Assembly: GCA_977017645.1 (NCBI GenBank)
Contig: OZ360228.1
Location: 122,822,001 to 122,886,000 of the forward strand
Reading direction: 5' to 3'
Source: Torpedo marmorata
Lineage: Eukaryota
DNA length: 64,000 nucleotides
Position numbers and translations under genes: made by a program. This document shows, piece by piece, positions 50,486-63,003 of the stretch (its first letter is position 1; each line of letters starts with the position of its first letter). Under the pieces are notes generated by a model, which worked only from the letters and a program-made list of their open reading frames with translations, was not told the origin of the DNA and searched no databases.

Positions 50486-50723
50486 CAGCCATTCTCAACC
50501 TTTTTGCGGCTATTGCCACCACCCCCCCACCCCACCCCTCCCCCCCCCCCACCCCAGGACTCTGCTCAAAGTTTATGGATCCCCTCCCCTGTGAAGGAGT
50601 CAAGTTTTGGTTTCTTCTGTACTTCTCTCCTACCGAGTACATAAAAAATATTCATGTTACGTGAGGTGAAAAGAGAACAAGACTTTTACACAAATGTGCT
50701 GTGGTCCCCGTTGAAAATGGCTG
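50486..50723. mobile_element. hAT-Charlie-type MITE, 238 bp
   Basis: TIRs CAGCCATTCTCAAC...GTTGAAAATGGCTG; 8-bp TSD ACATAGAA at 50478-50485 and 50724-50731. Confidence 0.88.
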
Positions 50724-50731
50724 ACATAGAA

Positions 50732-51085
50732 CATGACAGCAGAGTACAGGCCCCTCAGCCCACAATGTTGTGCCGACCTATGTAAACCTACTCCATAACA
50801 ATGTAATCCTTTCCTACCTCACACTCTTAATCCTCTATCTTTCTTACATCCACGTACCTACTTAAGAGTCTTTTAAATGTCCCTATTGTTCCAGCCTCCA
50901 CCACCACCCCCGGCAATGCATTCCAGGCACCCACAACTCTCTGTGTAAAAAACTTGCCTCTGACATCTCCCCTAAACTGCCCTCCACTTACCTTAATCAA
51001 ATGTCACCTGGTATTTGCTATTGTCGCCCCAGGAAAAAGGTGCTGGCTGTCCACCCCATCGAAACCCCTCATAATCTTATATACA
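50732..51085 (-). mobile_element. CR1-type 3' fragment
   Basis: Reverse complement matches 37368-37680. Confidence 0.8.
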
Positions 51086-51735
51086 ATATAGTAGGCTAAT
51101 TGGTCACAGGGGTGTATTTGGGTGGCACTTGCTCGTGGGCTGGAAGGGCCTGCTACCATGCTGTATCTCTAAATTTAAAAAATTAATTTAGTCAGGACCA
51201 GCCTCTGTGCAGAGGGAGTGGGTGATGCGCTTTACCATGCCACCTTCCTTGCACAGCTTGGCTGATAATAAGACTGCATATAAAACATAAATGGTGCCTC
51301 AGTTCCTCGGGTTTGAGGCTTTGAACACTTTTTAGCAAATCCCTCCCCAACTTGAGGGATCCTGTGTTAGAGAACTGAGCCAACACCAGGGCTGGGACAG
51401 AGATGTGAAGAGCTAGGATAAACCCTACCGGAGTTGATCGCGGCAGAGCTAATCAGGCTGAGGGAATGAGTAATCACAGGCGATAAAAGTGTTTTAAGTC
51501 AAACAAATCTGAGAAAGAACTGTCACGGATACAGAGTCAACTATTCAGCAGGCTGGCCGTAAAACCAACAGAATAAAATGGCAAAAACAGGATTTGCAGA
51601 TTTGCATACATCACTGGTATTTTCATACACCGTCTCAGGGTCCATTCAACTTCATCTTATGCCAAGGCAATCACCAGCATGGCAAGTGCTTCCTGATATA
51701 AACACGGCTTGACATTCACCACTTCATAATCCCTC

Positions 51736-51886
51736 NNNNNNNNNNNNNNNNNNNNNNNNNNNNNNNNNNNNNNNNNNNNNNNNNNNNNNNNNNNNNNNNN
51801 NNNNNNNNNNNNNNNNNNNNNNNNNNNNNNNNNNNNNNNNNNNNNNNNNNNNNNNNNNNNNNNNNNNNNNNNNNNNNNNNNNNNNN
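51736..51886. other. Assembly gap
   Basis: Run of N. Confidence 0.99.
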
Positions 51887-51912
51887 TGGAAAAAGACAGC
51901 TGAGCAAACACA

Positions 51913-51932
51913 AGAGAGGGAGAGAGAGAGAC

Positions 51933-51983
<51 letters not shown>

Positions 51984-52310
51984 ATTAGTGTATGTGGCGA
52001 TAATGAATGTGACAGGCAGCGAGTGCACAAGTGTGACCGTATGTGTGTGAGAGGGTGTCTAAGCAAAGAGAGAGCAAGAATGTATTCAAGAAACAAGTGT
52101 GAGAGTAGACAAATTTATGTCTGTGCGTGCGCCCGTGAGTTTGAGTGAATAAGAGAGCAACAGAATATAAGTGTGTGTGAGTGTCTGCGTGTATGTGTGT
52201 GCGCGCGCGTGTCTGTGTGTGCGTGTGTCTGCACGTGAATGCGTGCGTGTGCATGCGTGTGAGCATGAGAGTGAAGACATCTTATGTGTGTGTGTCTGTG
52301 TTTGAGTGTC

Positions 52311-52347
<37 letters not shown>

Positions 52348-52420
52348 GTCAGTGCGTGTGTGTGTCTGCGTGTGAATGCGTGCGTGTGAGCATGAGAGTG
52401 AAGACATCTTGTGTGTGTGC
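51913..52420. repeat. (GA)n followed by complex (GT/GC)n microsatellite
   Basis: Includes a duplicated unit gtgaatgcgtgcgtgtg...agcatgagagtgaagacatctt. Confidence 0.92.
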
Positions 52421-54724
52421 TACAATTTACACTGCCATCATTTTTTGGCGCAGACATCATGGGCCAAAAGAACCTGTTCCTGTTCTATGTATTCCAGTAT
52501 CCTCCAGGGTGCCCCTGAGATGATGTGTGCAGTGAATGCTCACAGAAAAACTCCACCAATATTCTTCATTTAACTGGCATATTTCAAAATACTTGAACTC
52601 GTCTCATGAAATCAGGCTGGAAAAACCTCATGATACTGGCAAATAACTGGCAATAATCTGAAATCCCAGAACTCAACTTGCAATTTTCTAATCTTGGCAG
52701 GTTCAGTAACAACATTTTAATATCTGCGGACTTTCCATTAAAAACAAACTGGGTTTTATATAAACCTCATAATACTTCAATAGCCCTCTGGGGATTGTGC
52801 TAACACTGATCACACACAAGACCAGACTGGTAAATGATCCTCATCCAGTAATAACAACCAGCAAACAAGTTCTGTACACTGGAAGCTGCAGTATCTTGTG
52901 ACATTTCCAGTGGGTTTCCGATGAAACTCCAAGGAGATTTGTGTTGCCAATCTGACTAAAGCCAAATGAAACTTGCTCAGGGCGAGATTCAACTTGTAGC
53001 CAATCACAAAACCAGTAATACTGGATAGGTCACTTCTTACACGCCCTTTCTCTAAGGGACACAAAGATTGGGTAAGTTTCAAAAGGGACTGTCTATTCTC
53101 TAATAACAGAGGGAGGGAGGGAGAGAGAAATCCAATGAGGGAAGGGAGAGTAGTGGAGGGAGCAAGGGAATAAGAGAAGAGGAAGGAGTGGAGTGATAAG
53201 GGGAGAGGGCAATGGATGGATTAAGAGTGGGAGGGAGGGGAAAAGTTGGAATGCAGGATGGTCCAAAAGTAAAGGAAGGAAGTAAAAACAGATACGAGGG
53301 GAAACTCTGGAAACTGACCGTTCCTTTGGTTTCTTGATTTAAAATGCACATTAACTCAGCCAAGAACTGTATCCCAAATGGAACTATGAAAACATTCCAA
53401 TGAATCAATAATCTCCAAAACATTTTCCTGAAGAAAACATGACCACTTGAAGCACAAATTAGACTTCTTAATCAATACTGATTGATCTATTACACTGCAG
53501 GATTTTCTTTTTAAAAATTAGCATTTTCTAACAACTAGTTGATATCCTAAGACTAATTTCTTAGGAAATGGTTGGCACTATGGAGGCAGAGGGGTGGTGG
53601 TTGATGGGAAGAGAGGTGTACAGGGAACACTCGCCCCTGTTTCTGATGAAATGTCCATCCCATTTTTTTTAAAGTCACGAGAGGAAGAGGGAGAGAAAGG
53701 AAGAAGGGGAGAGGGGGGAGAGGGAGAAGAGGGTAGAGGGGCAAGAGGAAGAGGGGAGAGAGGATGGGAGGAGAGAGAGAGAGAGAGGAGAGAGTAAAGA
53801 AAAGAAAAAGGGGTGGATGAATAGGAAGATAGAAAGAGAAGTCTCAAATCAGTCTGCAGTCAGTGAATACTTATGAAGTACGGACAGTGCTGTAGGGTTG
53901 GGATTGTGGCAGCCAACTTACACAGCCAGCTCCCACAAACAGCATTGTGATAATCACCTGAGTGAGGAGATGAAACCTTGCCACAATGTTGGGAGTGACG
54001 CTCTTCAATATCATGTCGTGCATTTGTACGAATTCACCTGAGAGAGAAAAGTGAGCTGCAGTTCAACGCCCCATCCAAAAGATGGTACCTCCAAATCCTT
54101 CTCGGTACACCTTAGTGATACATGCAGGGAGAGCAGCAATGAGATCACTGCCTTGACTGACCTACGTGTGCCTCCCGAAGGTCTCAAGACTTAATTTTTT
54201 AAAAAACAACCGAGGTCTTGCGCACATGCCAAGGAAAACTGTTCATCAAAAATTAATTGATCTATATTTTCCACACAATGGTGTCTAAATGTCAGCAGTA
54301 AGGGTGTTGCAAAGTGAGTCAAGCAAAGCTTTCGAAGAGATACGGTGGGCGCCTGAAGGAGAGCATTTTCTGCAGGGAAAGGAAATGGGATTAAATAAAC
54401 TTCTCTTTAAGGAGCCAAATTAACCCAAAGGCCTGGAGGTCTTCCCTGTGATAATGATTCTTATTTTTAATCCATTTTTTGGGAATAAAATCAGTAGAGA
54501 CCATTTCAGTCTCACCATCTGAGAGATGAGAAAGGGTGGGAAGAGGTCAGATCAAATGGTCTACTTCTGGTTGTTGAAGCAACTTCGGAACAAATTGCCA
54601 GTGACCAGAGAGGACATCTAACATCCAGGTAATAATTCAGCTTCAACTAGTTAGTGACTGTGGTTAAAAGGTAATCCAATCAAAATGATTCTCATTTACT
54701 CTGGTGATGTCTGCCAGCTACAAG

Positions 54725-54875
54725 GTAGCTACAGCCATCTTGAGGAAGGGCTCAGGCCCGAAACGTCAGTAATATATCTTTATCTCCGATGGACGCTGTG
54801 AGGCCGGCTGAGTTCCTCCAGCATTTCTGTGTTTTGACCACAATCGCAGCGTCTGCAGACTTTTGTGTTTCACTT
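54725..54875 (+). mobile_element. Short Penelope pLTR fragment beginning at the hammerhead motif
   Basis: UUGAGGA-A-GGGC(UCAG)GCCC-GAAAC-GUC at 54740-54767; TSD-like CAGCTACAAG at 54715-54724 and 54876-54885. Confidence 0.75.
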
Positions 54876-55452
54876 CAGCTACAAGATTCTCCTTGGCAGG
54901 AACAGGAACCCCAGCACCCTCTGTACCCAGTTAAAGGAGCTGCCTGCACATATCGCCAAATAAGGGGATATTTTGTGAGGTACAAAATGCAGGACAGGGT
55001 ATTCCATTCGGCAAGAAATGACCCAAGGATTACTCAATGGAAGAAGTCATGCAGAAAACTATCAAATTCTGTTTCCTATTTATTGATGCTATTTTTAGGT
55101 TAAATAAGACTTTCAGGTAATAGTGGAGAGATAAATCAGAACAAAGACTGAATGACTCTCCTGCTGGTCAAACCAAGAGACTGTCACTGCCAAGAGGTTC
55201 TCTGATGACTTTGTCCAGAATCTACACCATTTACAGCTAGCTATCTAACCTCCCCTTGTTATACAAATCATGGACTACTCCGACAGCACAAATGGTCTGT
55301 CTGAACTATTGTAAGTCACTATTTCCTGCAATTGCATCAATGTGAATATTTATTAACTATCTTCTGTGTTTATTGTCTTTTTTTCATTCAATTAAGTTTA
55401 TGATTATAGTTTTTTTTTGCAGGTATCTGCTGCAGTAAGTAAGAATTTTGGT

Positions 55453-55487
<35 letters not shown>

Positions 55488-56048
55488 GTGTACAATGTAT
55501 ATGACAATAAACTCAGTATTATTAGTAGTGTTATTTTCTGAGGAACTAATCCTGCTTTTTTTGGAGAACCGGCTGCCTCTCCTGTTTAGATTTGGGTTCC
55601 TGAGTAGACTAACTTCATTCGCAGTACCATTGGTTGAGTTTTTTTTATCTCTTGCACACCTCCATCTCATTAGCTGTCAATTAACATTATTTTAGTAATA
55701 TCAGTTGCTGAAATAAAACAGATCCAAACTTTAATAATTTGAAGATACAAAATAAAAACTAGTCCTGCAAGTTCTGTTCAATGTTTCTCCGATTCACCCA
55801 ATAATCCATTAACATTGTTCTTCTGATATTTATGCTCAGTACTTGCTAAGTTAGCGTAGCGGTTAGCGCAATGCGACTGGGGTTCGAATCCGGCACTGTC
55901 TGTAAGGAGTTTGTACGTTCTCCCCGTGTCTGCGTTGGTTTCGTCCGGGTGCTCCGGTTTCCTCCCACCATTCAAAACGTACCGGGGTTGTAGGTCAATT
56001 GGGTGTAATTAAGCGGCATAGGTTCGTGGGCTGAAAGGGCCTGTTACC

Positions 56049-56185
56049 TGTTATGCCTGACGACTCCCAACCGACTTCCAACTGACAACGCCCGCGACCC
56101 CGTCATATGTCACGTCCGGTTTCTGACCAACCGCGTGCATTGCATGCTGGGAAATGTAGTTATTATTTACACGCATAATAACACA
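56049..56185. mobile_element. Solo-LTR-like element, 137 bp
   Basis: TG...CA termini (TGTTATGC...ATAACACA); perfect 5-bp TSD TTACC at 56044-56048 and 56186-56190. Confidence 0.72.
56142..56160 (-). promoter_or_regulatory. ZNF143/Staf (SBS2-type) motif ACTACATTTCCCAGCATGC
   Basis: Close match to the ACTACAnnTCCCAGnATGC consensus. Confidence 0.7.
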
Positions 56186-56520
56186 TTACCGTGCTGTATA
56201 TCTAAATTTATAAAACAACACTGTGGGCCGAAGGGCCTGTACTGTGCTGCTGATTTCTATGTTATATTTCAACCGTACTTGCATGTGGGTAGTGTAAAAC
56301 ACTTTAATTAATCATAAGTACCCTAATCTTACACAGCCTACACCCTTAAATTTACTATTCCGGCAAATCTTCTTCAATATTAGAGATCCATTAAGTCTGT
56401 CTTATAAAGCTGTTTGCTCCGAGATTTGACAGGGAGCAAACTACTTAAAATAATGTAACACCATCAAAGGAAAATTATCAGGAAAGAATTCTTCCAAAAG
56501 ACCAAAATGTGCCTTTTATT

Positions 56521-56872
56521 AGGCCCTTTCACCGCCGAGTACATGTGGGTTAACCGGGCAGTTTACCCAGTAACTTACCCGGTAATCGTGCAGTGTGAAA
56601 CGTCCCAACCGGACAGGGCAGGTCAAGTTCAACCGGGCTCGGAGACATGGGGAGCGGGGGGGGGGATACTCTCGGAGCCCGGCTGAGTTATCCCGCCAAT
56701 CGCCTTCTGGCGGTGTGAAAGCACAACCTGCTCTCGCATTGTCACCGCTGGAGCTTAAAATCCCTGGTTGCCGATTTACCAGCAGTGTGAAAGGCCCCGG
56801 AGGTGCAGCCTTCCCAGGAACTTTACCCGGTTCCTAGGAGGGTTGGCAGGAATCGGCGGTGTGAAAAGGCCT
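56521..56872. mobile_element. PIF/Harbinger-type MITE, 352 bp
   Basis: TIRs AGGCCCTTTCACCGCCGA / TCGGCGGTGTGAAAAGGCCT; 3-bp TSD ATT; C(A/G)GTGTGAAA motif four times. Confidence 0.8.
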
Positions 56873-57761
56873 ATTGTCTCTAGTTTAGAAAGTAATGGAT
56901 AAATCTTCTCCAAAGACATCAGCAATAAGTTTCCTGGAATAACTTTGTGAAAGAAACTGAGGAACTGGTAAATGTTATAAAAGCTTTGATGTTTGGAGGC
57001 TGCTGTGTTTACATTGCTCTGGATCTATATTTAAACTGAGGAGCTCTTCACCGTAAGAATGGTGCACTGATTGTACTGGGTAATCAGTGAGGAGCAATTC
57101 AATTCTGGCTCTCAACTTAGAGGTGGTAGTGGGAAAAAGGCAAATGGAAAATCTTCATCTTGTCCTTTCAACCTTCAACAATACAAATCATTCAGTGTCA
57201 CATTCTGCTAACGAAGGACAGAGCTCCCTGGTTTAGTAAGTATTACTGAACCATGCCAGAGGGAGATAGAGATGAAGAAACAGGTCAACCATAATTTAAC
57301 AAAATGGTGGACCAGGCTCAAGAGGTTAAATGGTCTCTTTCTGTTCTCATTTTATTTCTAAATGAGTTGCAGTTCAGTGAATGGTTGGCCAGAACTTCTT
57401 TCTAATTCAGTATGAAATGCTGGGAGTGTAGTGAAGCCAGTTCTGATAGATACTCGAGGGGCAGCATGGTCAGTGGGATGAAGGGCATGTTTCTCTGCTG
57501 TGTAACTCTATGACTCAGTTAACATTAAGGCAAGCCAAGGCTTCAGAAGAGGCGCCATTATCAATTCCAGTGCAGTGCCTCCAATCCGTATCTTCTGTTT
57601 TCATGCTCACTTTTCAGCATTTGCTATTTATCCGTCAACCCTCTCAAGCAGCTGAAAACAAACCCTTTGGGATTGTGTTGAAGAGGAGGAGGGGGAGGTC
57701 TTCCCACTGTCATTATCACTTCACTGTGGCAGCCTGCTGTGCACAAACACAAATTTAAATT

Positions 57762-57961
57762 TGGGCGGCGCGGTTAGCACAACACTGTTACAGTGCCAGC
57801 GAGTGGGACTGGGGTTCGAATCCCACGCTGTCTGTAAGGAGTTTGTACGTTCTCCCCATATCTGCGTGGGTTTCCTCCAGGAGCTCCGGTTTCCTCCCAC
57901 TGTTCAAAACGTACTAGGGGTTTTAGATCAATAGGGTGTAATTGGGCGGCACGGGCTCGTG
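57762..57961 (+). mobile_element. V-SINE, 3'-truncated
   Basis: Box B and V-domain. Confidence 0.82.
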
Positions 57962-59093
57962 TTGTTTGACTACATTTAATTTAAATCGCCCATTGTATTT
58001 CACGCACTCTTACAGTGCCCACGCATCACTGGCTGTAAAGTGGCTTGGGATGTCTCAAGGTTGTGAAAGGTTCCATGGAAATGAAAGTAATATTTCTCCA
58101 AGAAATAAACATACCTTCAAAATCAGGGGCAGGGTCCAAGGTAGCACATCTGCATTGCTAAGCAAAACCTCAACATTGGAATTCCACCCAATAATATCCT
58201 CTCTCATCTTGCCAGCAGGGATAAAGAGCCAAACGGGAATTTTGTGGAGAGTGGAAAAATATGCACAGGCAGGTTAAAAACTGTGATTAATTCTGACATG
58301 TTTGGAATAATTGGAATTAGGGGATGCGAGCCCCGCTGTCTTTTCAAGCAGGGCTAAAATATTCCGCAAACCTATATTTCCAGGTGGGCTGGGGAGAGGA
58401 GCAGGAGGCTTTCACAAGTGCCATTGCTTTGCCTGACATCAGTCACGACTAAGATGATGATACATGGTAACAAACAGGGAAACAACTCACATAAAGGGTG
58501 GGGAAAAAATATTAAGTCTGCGGACTGCTATTTTAGTTCATTGCATTTTGGAAAGATCCTCTTCCCGGTATAACAGAAAGCAGTGCTTTGCAGCAGCTAA
58601 AAAGTTTGTCTGGTGAGGGACATCATAGACTCGGGCAATGGTGAGTCAAGAATTATTTGAAGCTTGCAAGGGCGAACATATTTCCTTCAACTCTGGAAAA
58701 GGTTGTGAAGTGCAAGGTGCTGTATCATTTTTATTGGCTCACTTGCGTGGGGCTGGCAAACTCCTTGAGATTTAAGTCTATGGCTTCCCTTCTGTAAACA
58801 CAGAACCAAATCCACTGCAAACTCGGTCACCCGTGCAACTGACTGCTGCTTACGTTGTTCTTCCCAGCGACTTCTAAAAGCCCCTCGTGCTATCTTACAT
58901 GTTCGGATCCCCATCGCTTCAACTGCGCTGTACCTTTGTAAGTTCTACCCATCACACTACCAAGCAGCAGGAGTTCACAGGGCTTCACATCCGAGTCGGA
59001 TTGTGGGTTCCAACCCCACTCCAGGGATATGGAAAAGATAGAGGCCATTCAGCCCATCATGCCCGGACCAGAAATCTCCTCTCTCTGTTGCTT

Positions 59094-59350
59094 GGGCGGC
59101 ACGGTTAGCATAGCGGTTAGTGCAACGCTGTTACAGCACCAGCGATCGGGACCGGGGTTCGAATCCGGCGCTGCCTGTAAGGAGTTTGTATGTTCGCCCC
59201 GTGTCTGCGTGGGATTCCTACGGGTGCTCCGGTTTCGTCCCACCCTTCAAAACATACCGGGGGTTGTAGGTCAATTGGGTGTAATTGGGTGGCACGGGCT
59301 CGTGGGTTGAAAGGGCCTGTTACCGTGCTGTATGTCTAAATTTAAATTTA
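59094..59350 (+). mobile_element. V-SINE, full length
   Basis: Box A TAGCATAGCGG, box B GTTCGAATCC, V-domain, tail ending tctaaatttaaattt. Confidence 0.92.
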
Positions 59351-59680
59351 AAGAGGACACATGCTGCCAACAGTTGTTGGAGGAATCTCCATTGGGGAAT
59401 GGATAGAAAACCTAAAGGAGCACACGGTGGGGGTGTCAGCAGGAGGGTTGGGATGGAGTGTGGGAAACAGAGCTGCATTGCAAGTGGAAAAAAGGCAGAA
59501 CATACGGCAGAGAAGAATATGTGGGCATTGGAGTACCTTGCCGAAGACAGCAATGAAGGGAGAAGGTTTCCATGCACATGATATGTGCTCCTTGTTGTAA
59601 ATGTGTTTGCATATACATGCATCTGTGCATACTATGCACACATTTTGATAATCGGTGTGTTTGAGTGTGAATGTACATGA

Positions 59681-59815
59681 NNNNNNNNNNNNNNNNNNNN
59701 NNNNNNNNNNNNNNNNNNNNNNNNNNNNNNNNNNNNNNNNNNNNNNNNNNNNNNNNNNNNNNNNNNNNNNNNNNNNNNNNNNNNNNNNNNNNNNNNNNNN
59801 NNNNNNNNNNNNNNN
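59681..59815. other. Assembly gap
   Basis: Run of N. Confidence 0.99.
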
Positions 59816-61255
59816 TGTCCGCACACACCATACAGGTAAAACAAAGTGAATGCCCCACATTCTAACACAGCTGCACATAGCTTGATACAAGTTTCCAGAA
59901 TATTATAATCACTCGATCCACCCTTTGTCAAGCCACACAGTTTGTGTCCGTCAGAAGCACGTTTCAATTACAGAACTGAATGCAATGCAATAGGCTGAGT
60001 TTAAATGAAAGAAATGCTTCAAACAATACCGGAGTCATGAGAAGGTAAGAAAGGGTTAATTGAACTCAACAGGAAAGCTGTCATATGGCAGTTCCATGTG
60101 CCCTTTCAATTATTGAAATGATCTGTTGAGCTCCCTGGGGAGATGTCACACTGCATTTCACAGCGACATTGAATGACTACAAGTTATATTAGAGGCAGAG
60201 GCAGCCTATTCCGATAGACTATGGGCGGTGTCACATTTGTAGACACGTGAAGCAAAATGATTGTTGGGAATGGTGAAAGTATCTTTTTTTTTGTCGAAGG
60301 GTACACAATATATGGTGCACATAATACTGCAACTATTATGTGGGATGGCAGCAGATAAATCATTTAAAAGGTTGGTGATTTAATAAAAGGTTAAAGTCAG
60401 TATTGTCAAATCTGTTCTGTATCCTGCCACTGAAGGTGATGCAATAGGTTTTCCTGTAACCTGACATGGAGACCAACAACACCTATCCCATTCCAGCAGC
60501 CTGCATTTCACACATAAATACCGTGTGGTACACAGAGACATTTGCAGCAACCATTAAGAGATGACATTCCCCGTATCTTGGTCACAAATGACAGAAAGCA
60601 AGAATTACAAGGCAGAATAAACCAAGCTTCTGCCTCAGCGTGCACTGCTACCAAGCAGGATTATTGCGTGCTTCCAATCCACTGTGATGCTCAAACTCCG
60701 CAAGCACCAATTCCCTTTTCTTGCAAGGGGGCGGGGGGGGGGCTTGCCCCTGAGAAGATAAAACCCACCCTTTTGCAAATATGCAACTAAAAACAAAATA
60801 GTGACAAGAGGGATGGTAGCAACTGCCCTTTCTAATTTGGGACAAGGAAGGTGGACATCTAACACTCTTCCAAACAATGGGCACATTTTCACCTAGGTTT
60901 ACACACTCACTCCACACCCCATCCAACTTAGTAGCCACAGCAATCAAGTTTTCAAACCCCAAAGCACTGCCTGCAAATAAATTCCCAGCACAGAGCAGAA
61001 ACTCAGAAACGAGTGCTGCAGAGGCAGGCATTGGGCTGGGTGGGGTGAGGAGTTAGGTTGGGGTTCATTAGTTAGAGATTTTAGCACTTTTATCCCCGGG
61101 GCTTCATGGTAGTCTTCACAAGGCCATTCCAATGGACGGCATATTCCCGTCTCCACCAGCAGTGAATGAAAGTATCGACAACTAAGACTAAAACAAATCA
61201 TATGTAACTCAGCTCTTCCAATCAATAGACACAATGTTATGTGTCAATGGGACAA

Positions 61256-61450
61256 GTTCAAGATTCAAGATTCAATTTATTGTCATAGTAATAAAACAGT
61301 GTCACATTCCATGAAATTTCTTTATGCCTGCTGCAAGACCAACAGATTCGCCACCGGCAGAAATTGCCTAAGCGCCTCTAACATTCCTTACAGTCAGAGA
61401 AAGAGAAGCAAAAGAGAGTCCCCCCAGAGTCACCGAGTGTCCATAGATTC
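61256..61450 (-). mobile_element. (TTGAATC)n-tailed retroposon, short copy
   Basis: Matches 44123-44320. Confidence 0.8.
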
Positions 61451-62820
61451 AGTAAAGCTAGGGTTAATCACAGTTCAATCTACACGGGATTTCTGGGCCA
61501 ATAGCCATTTATTTTTCTCTACATAATTTATGGTTCTGTGTCGTGCCGTCCCATTAAATTTCTTACGTGTGTACTTTCCTCTGAACCTTATTTTTTTTCA
61601 ACAGTTACAGTATAAATATTACTTCATTACAGTCAATTGAAACCTCATTAATAAGAACACCTTGTCGAAAAAGCCTCAATCTTTTGTTCCTCAAGAAAAG
61701 GGCCAACTTTTTTTCCCAAACATACACCCAAGGGACTTTATCGCAATCGTGGCAACATTAATCATGAAGAACAATACAACAGGGCACTGCCAATCCATAG
61801 GGTGTTCTCCTGACTGTGGTGTGGGTTTTATTTTAAATATCATACTTTGTATTGGTTATATTGACTGATCTGTTGCGAGTGTAGCACTCACATCACCTTT
61901 CAGGAATTTCGTTCATTCTCCTTGTTGACCAAGGGAAGATTTTAGATGTGGTACAAGCAGTGGGAGCTGAATCACATAGCCCTCTTCTACACTGTAGAGC
62001 CGCAGCAAACAACAACCTGATTGATAGCTCAAAGAATCAACCTACTTCACTGACATGCATTATACTTTCACTTAAATTTTAGATAACGTTTTCAACATGT
62101 TCAATTTACTGCTGTTCGTTTCAGGAAATAATTGCCCATCATTGACAATATATCTCCCGCATGACATCACGATAGCACTTGGTTCAGAACTGTCACTGGC
62201 CGATTACTCTCAGATGAAATGTGGCTCAGAGAAAACAAGCCCTTCTGACCGGAAGATGGTTACATCATGGTCTAGAGACTGACTGAGATACAGTGAAGGT
62301 TTGATGGATGGAGTTGGTACATTCCAAAGCCCATTTATAAATCCTTACTTCTTACTTCATCAACCCAATGCTCGATCAATGAGTGGAAAATTAATGTGTG
62401 TGAGTTTTCCTTGCAATATGGTCCACCGAAGCTTCTGCTTCTTCCTTCCCCTCTGCTCTGGTTATTAGATGTGTGTCCTGATCTGCACTGTGCTAAAAGA
62501 CCATAAGACATAGCAGCAGAAATAGGCTATTCAACCCATCGAGTCTGCCCCGCCATTCAATCATGAGCCAATTTATTTTCCCCACTCAGCCCCACTGCCC
62601 GGCCTTCTCCCCATAACTTTTGATGCCCTGGCTAATCAAGAACCTATCAATCTCTGCCTAAAATACGTCCAATGACTTGGCCCCCTCAACCACCTGTGGC
62701 AACAAATTCCAGATTCACCACCCTATGGCTGAAGAAATTCCTCCTCATCTCTGTTCTAAGTGGACACCCTTCAATCCTGAAGCTGTGTCCTCTTGTCCTA
62801 GACTCTCCCACCATGGAAAA

Positions 62821-63003
62821 TAAGTAAATCACGAAAATCTTTAGACACCGTGGTTGAAGTAAAAAACACAAATGCTGGAGAAACTCAGCAGGTCAAACTT
62901 TGATGAAGGGCTCAAGCCCGAAACGTCGGTTATGTATGTCTACCTTTGCTACATAAAAGACACTGTTTGACCTGCTGAATTTCTCCAGCATTTGTGTTTT
63001 TCA
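62821..63003. mobile_element. Penelope-derived fold-back insertion, 183 bp
   Basis: Perfect 12-bp TSD CACCATGGAAAA at 62809-62820 and 63004-63015; inverted arms aaatgctggagaaactcagcaggtcaaac. Confidence 0.88.
62896..62931 (+). ncRNA. Minimal hammerhead ribozyme-like motif (best-preserved copy)
   Basis: AACU-UUGAUGA-A-GGGC(UCAA)GCCC-GAAAC-GUC-GGUU; GUC cleavage triplet, 4-bp stem I. Confidence 0.6.

Larger units (their letters stand above)
55849..56212 (+). mobile_element. V-SINE interrupted by a 137-bp insertion
   Basis: Tail ctgTTACC|insert|TTACCgtgctgta. Confidence 0.85.

Noticed and set aside
51657-53847. ORFs rich in HT/CV/SL/PL repeats or spanning N runs
   Set aside because: Translations of microsatellites, purine tracts and gaps.
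59094-59170. tRNA-like box A/box B sequences
   Set aside because: Heads of V-SINEs, not tRNA genes.
60944-61234. Minus ORF with GICRP..SSPHP..CLPL faintly like the mammalian BCL11B cassette exon
   Set aside because: No acceptor AG at the needed position and phase, the frame ends in a stop, and the similarity is only scattered short words.
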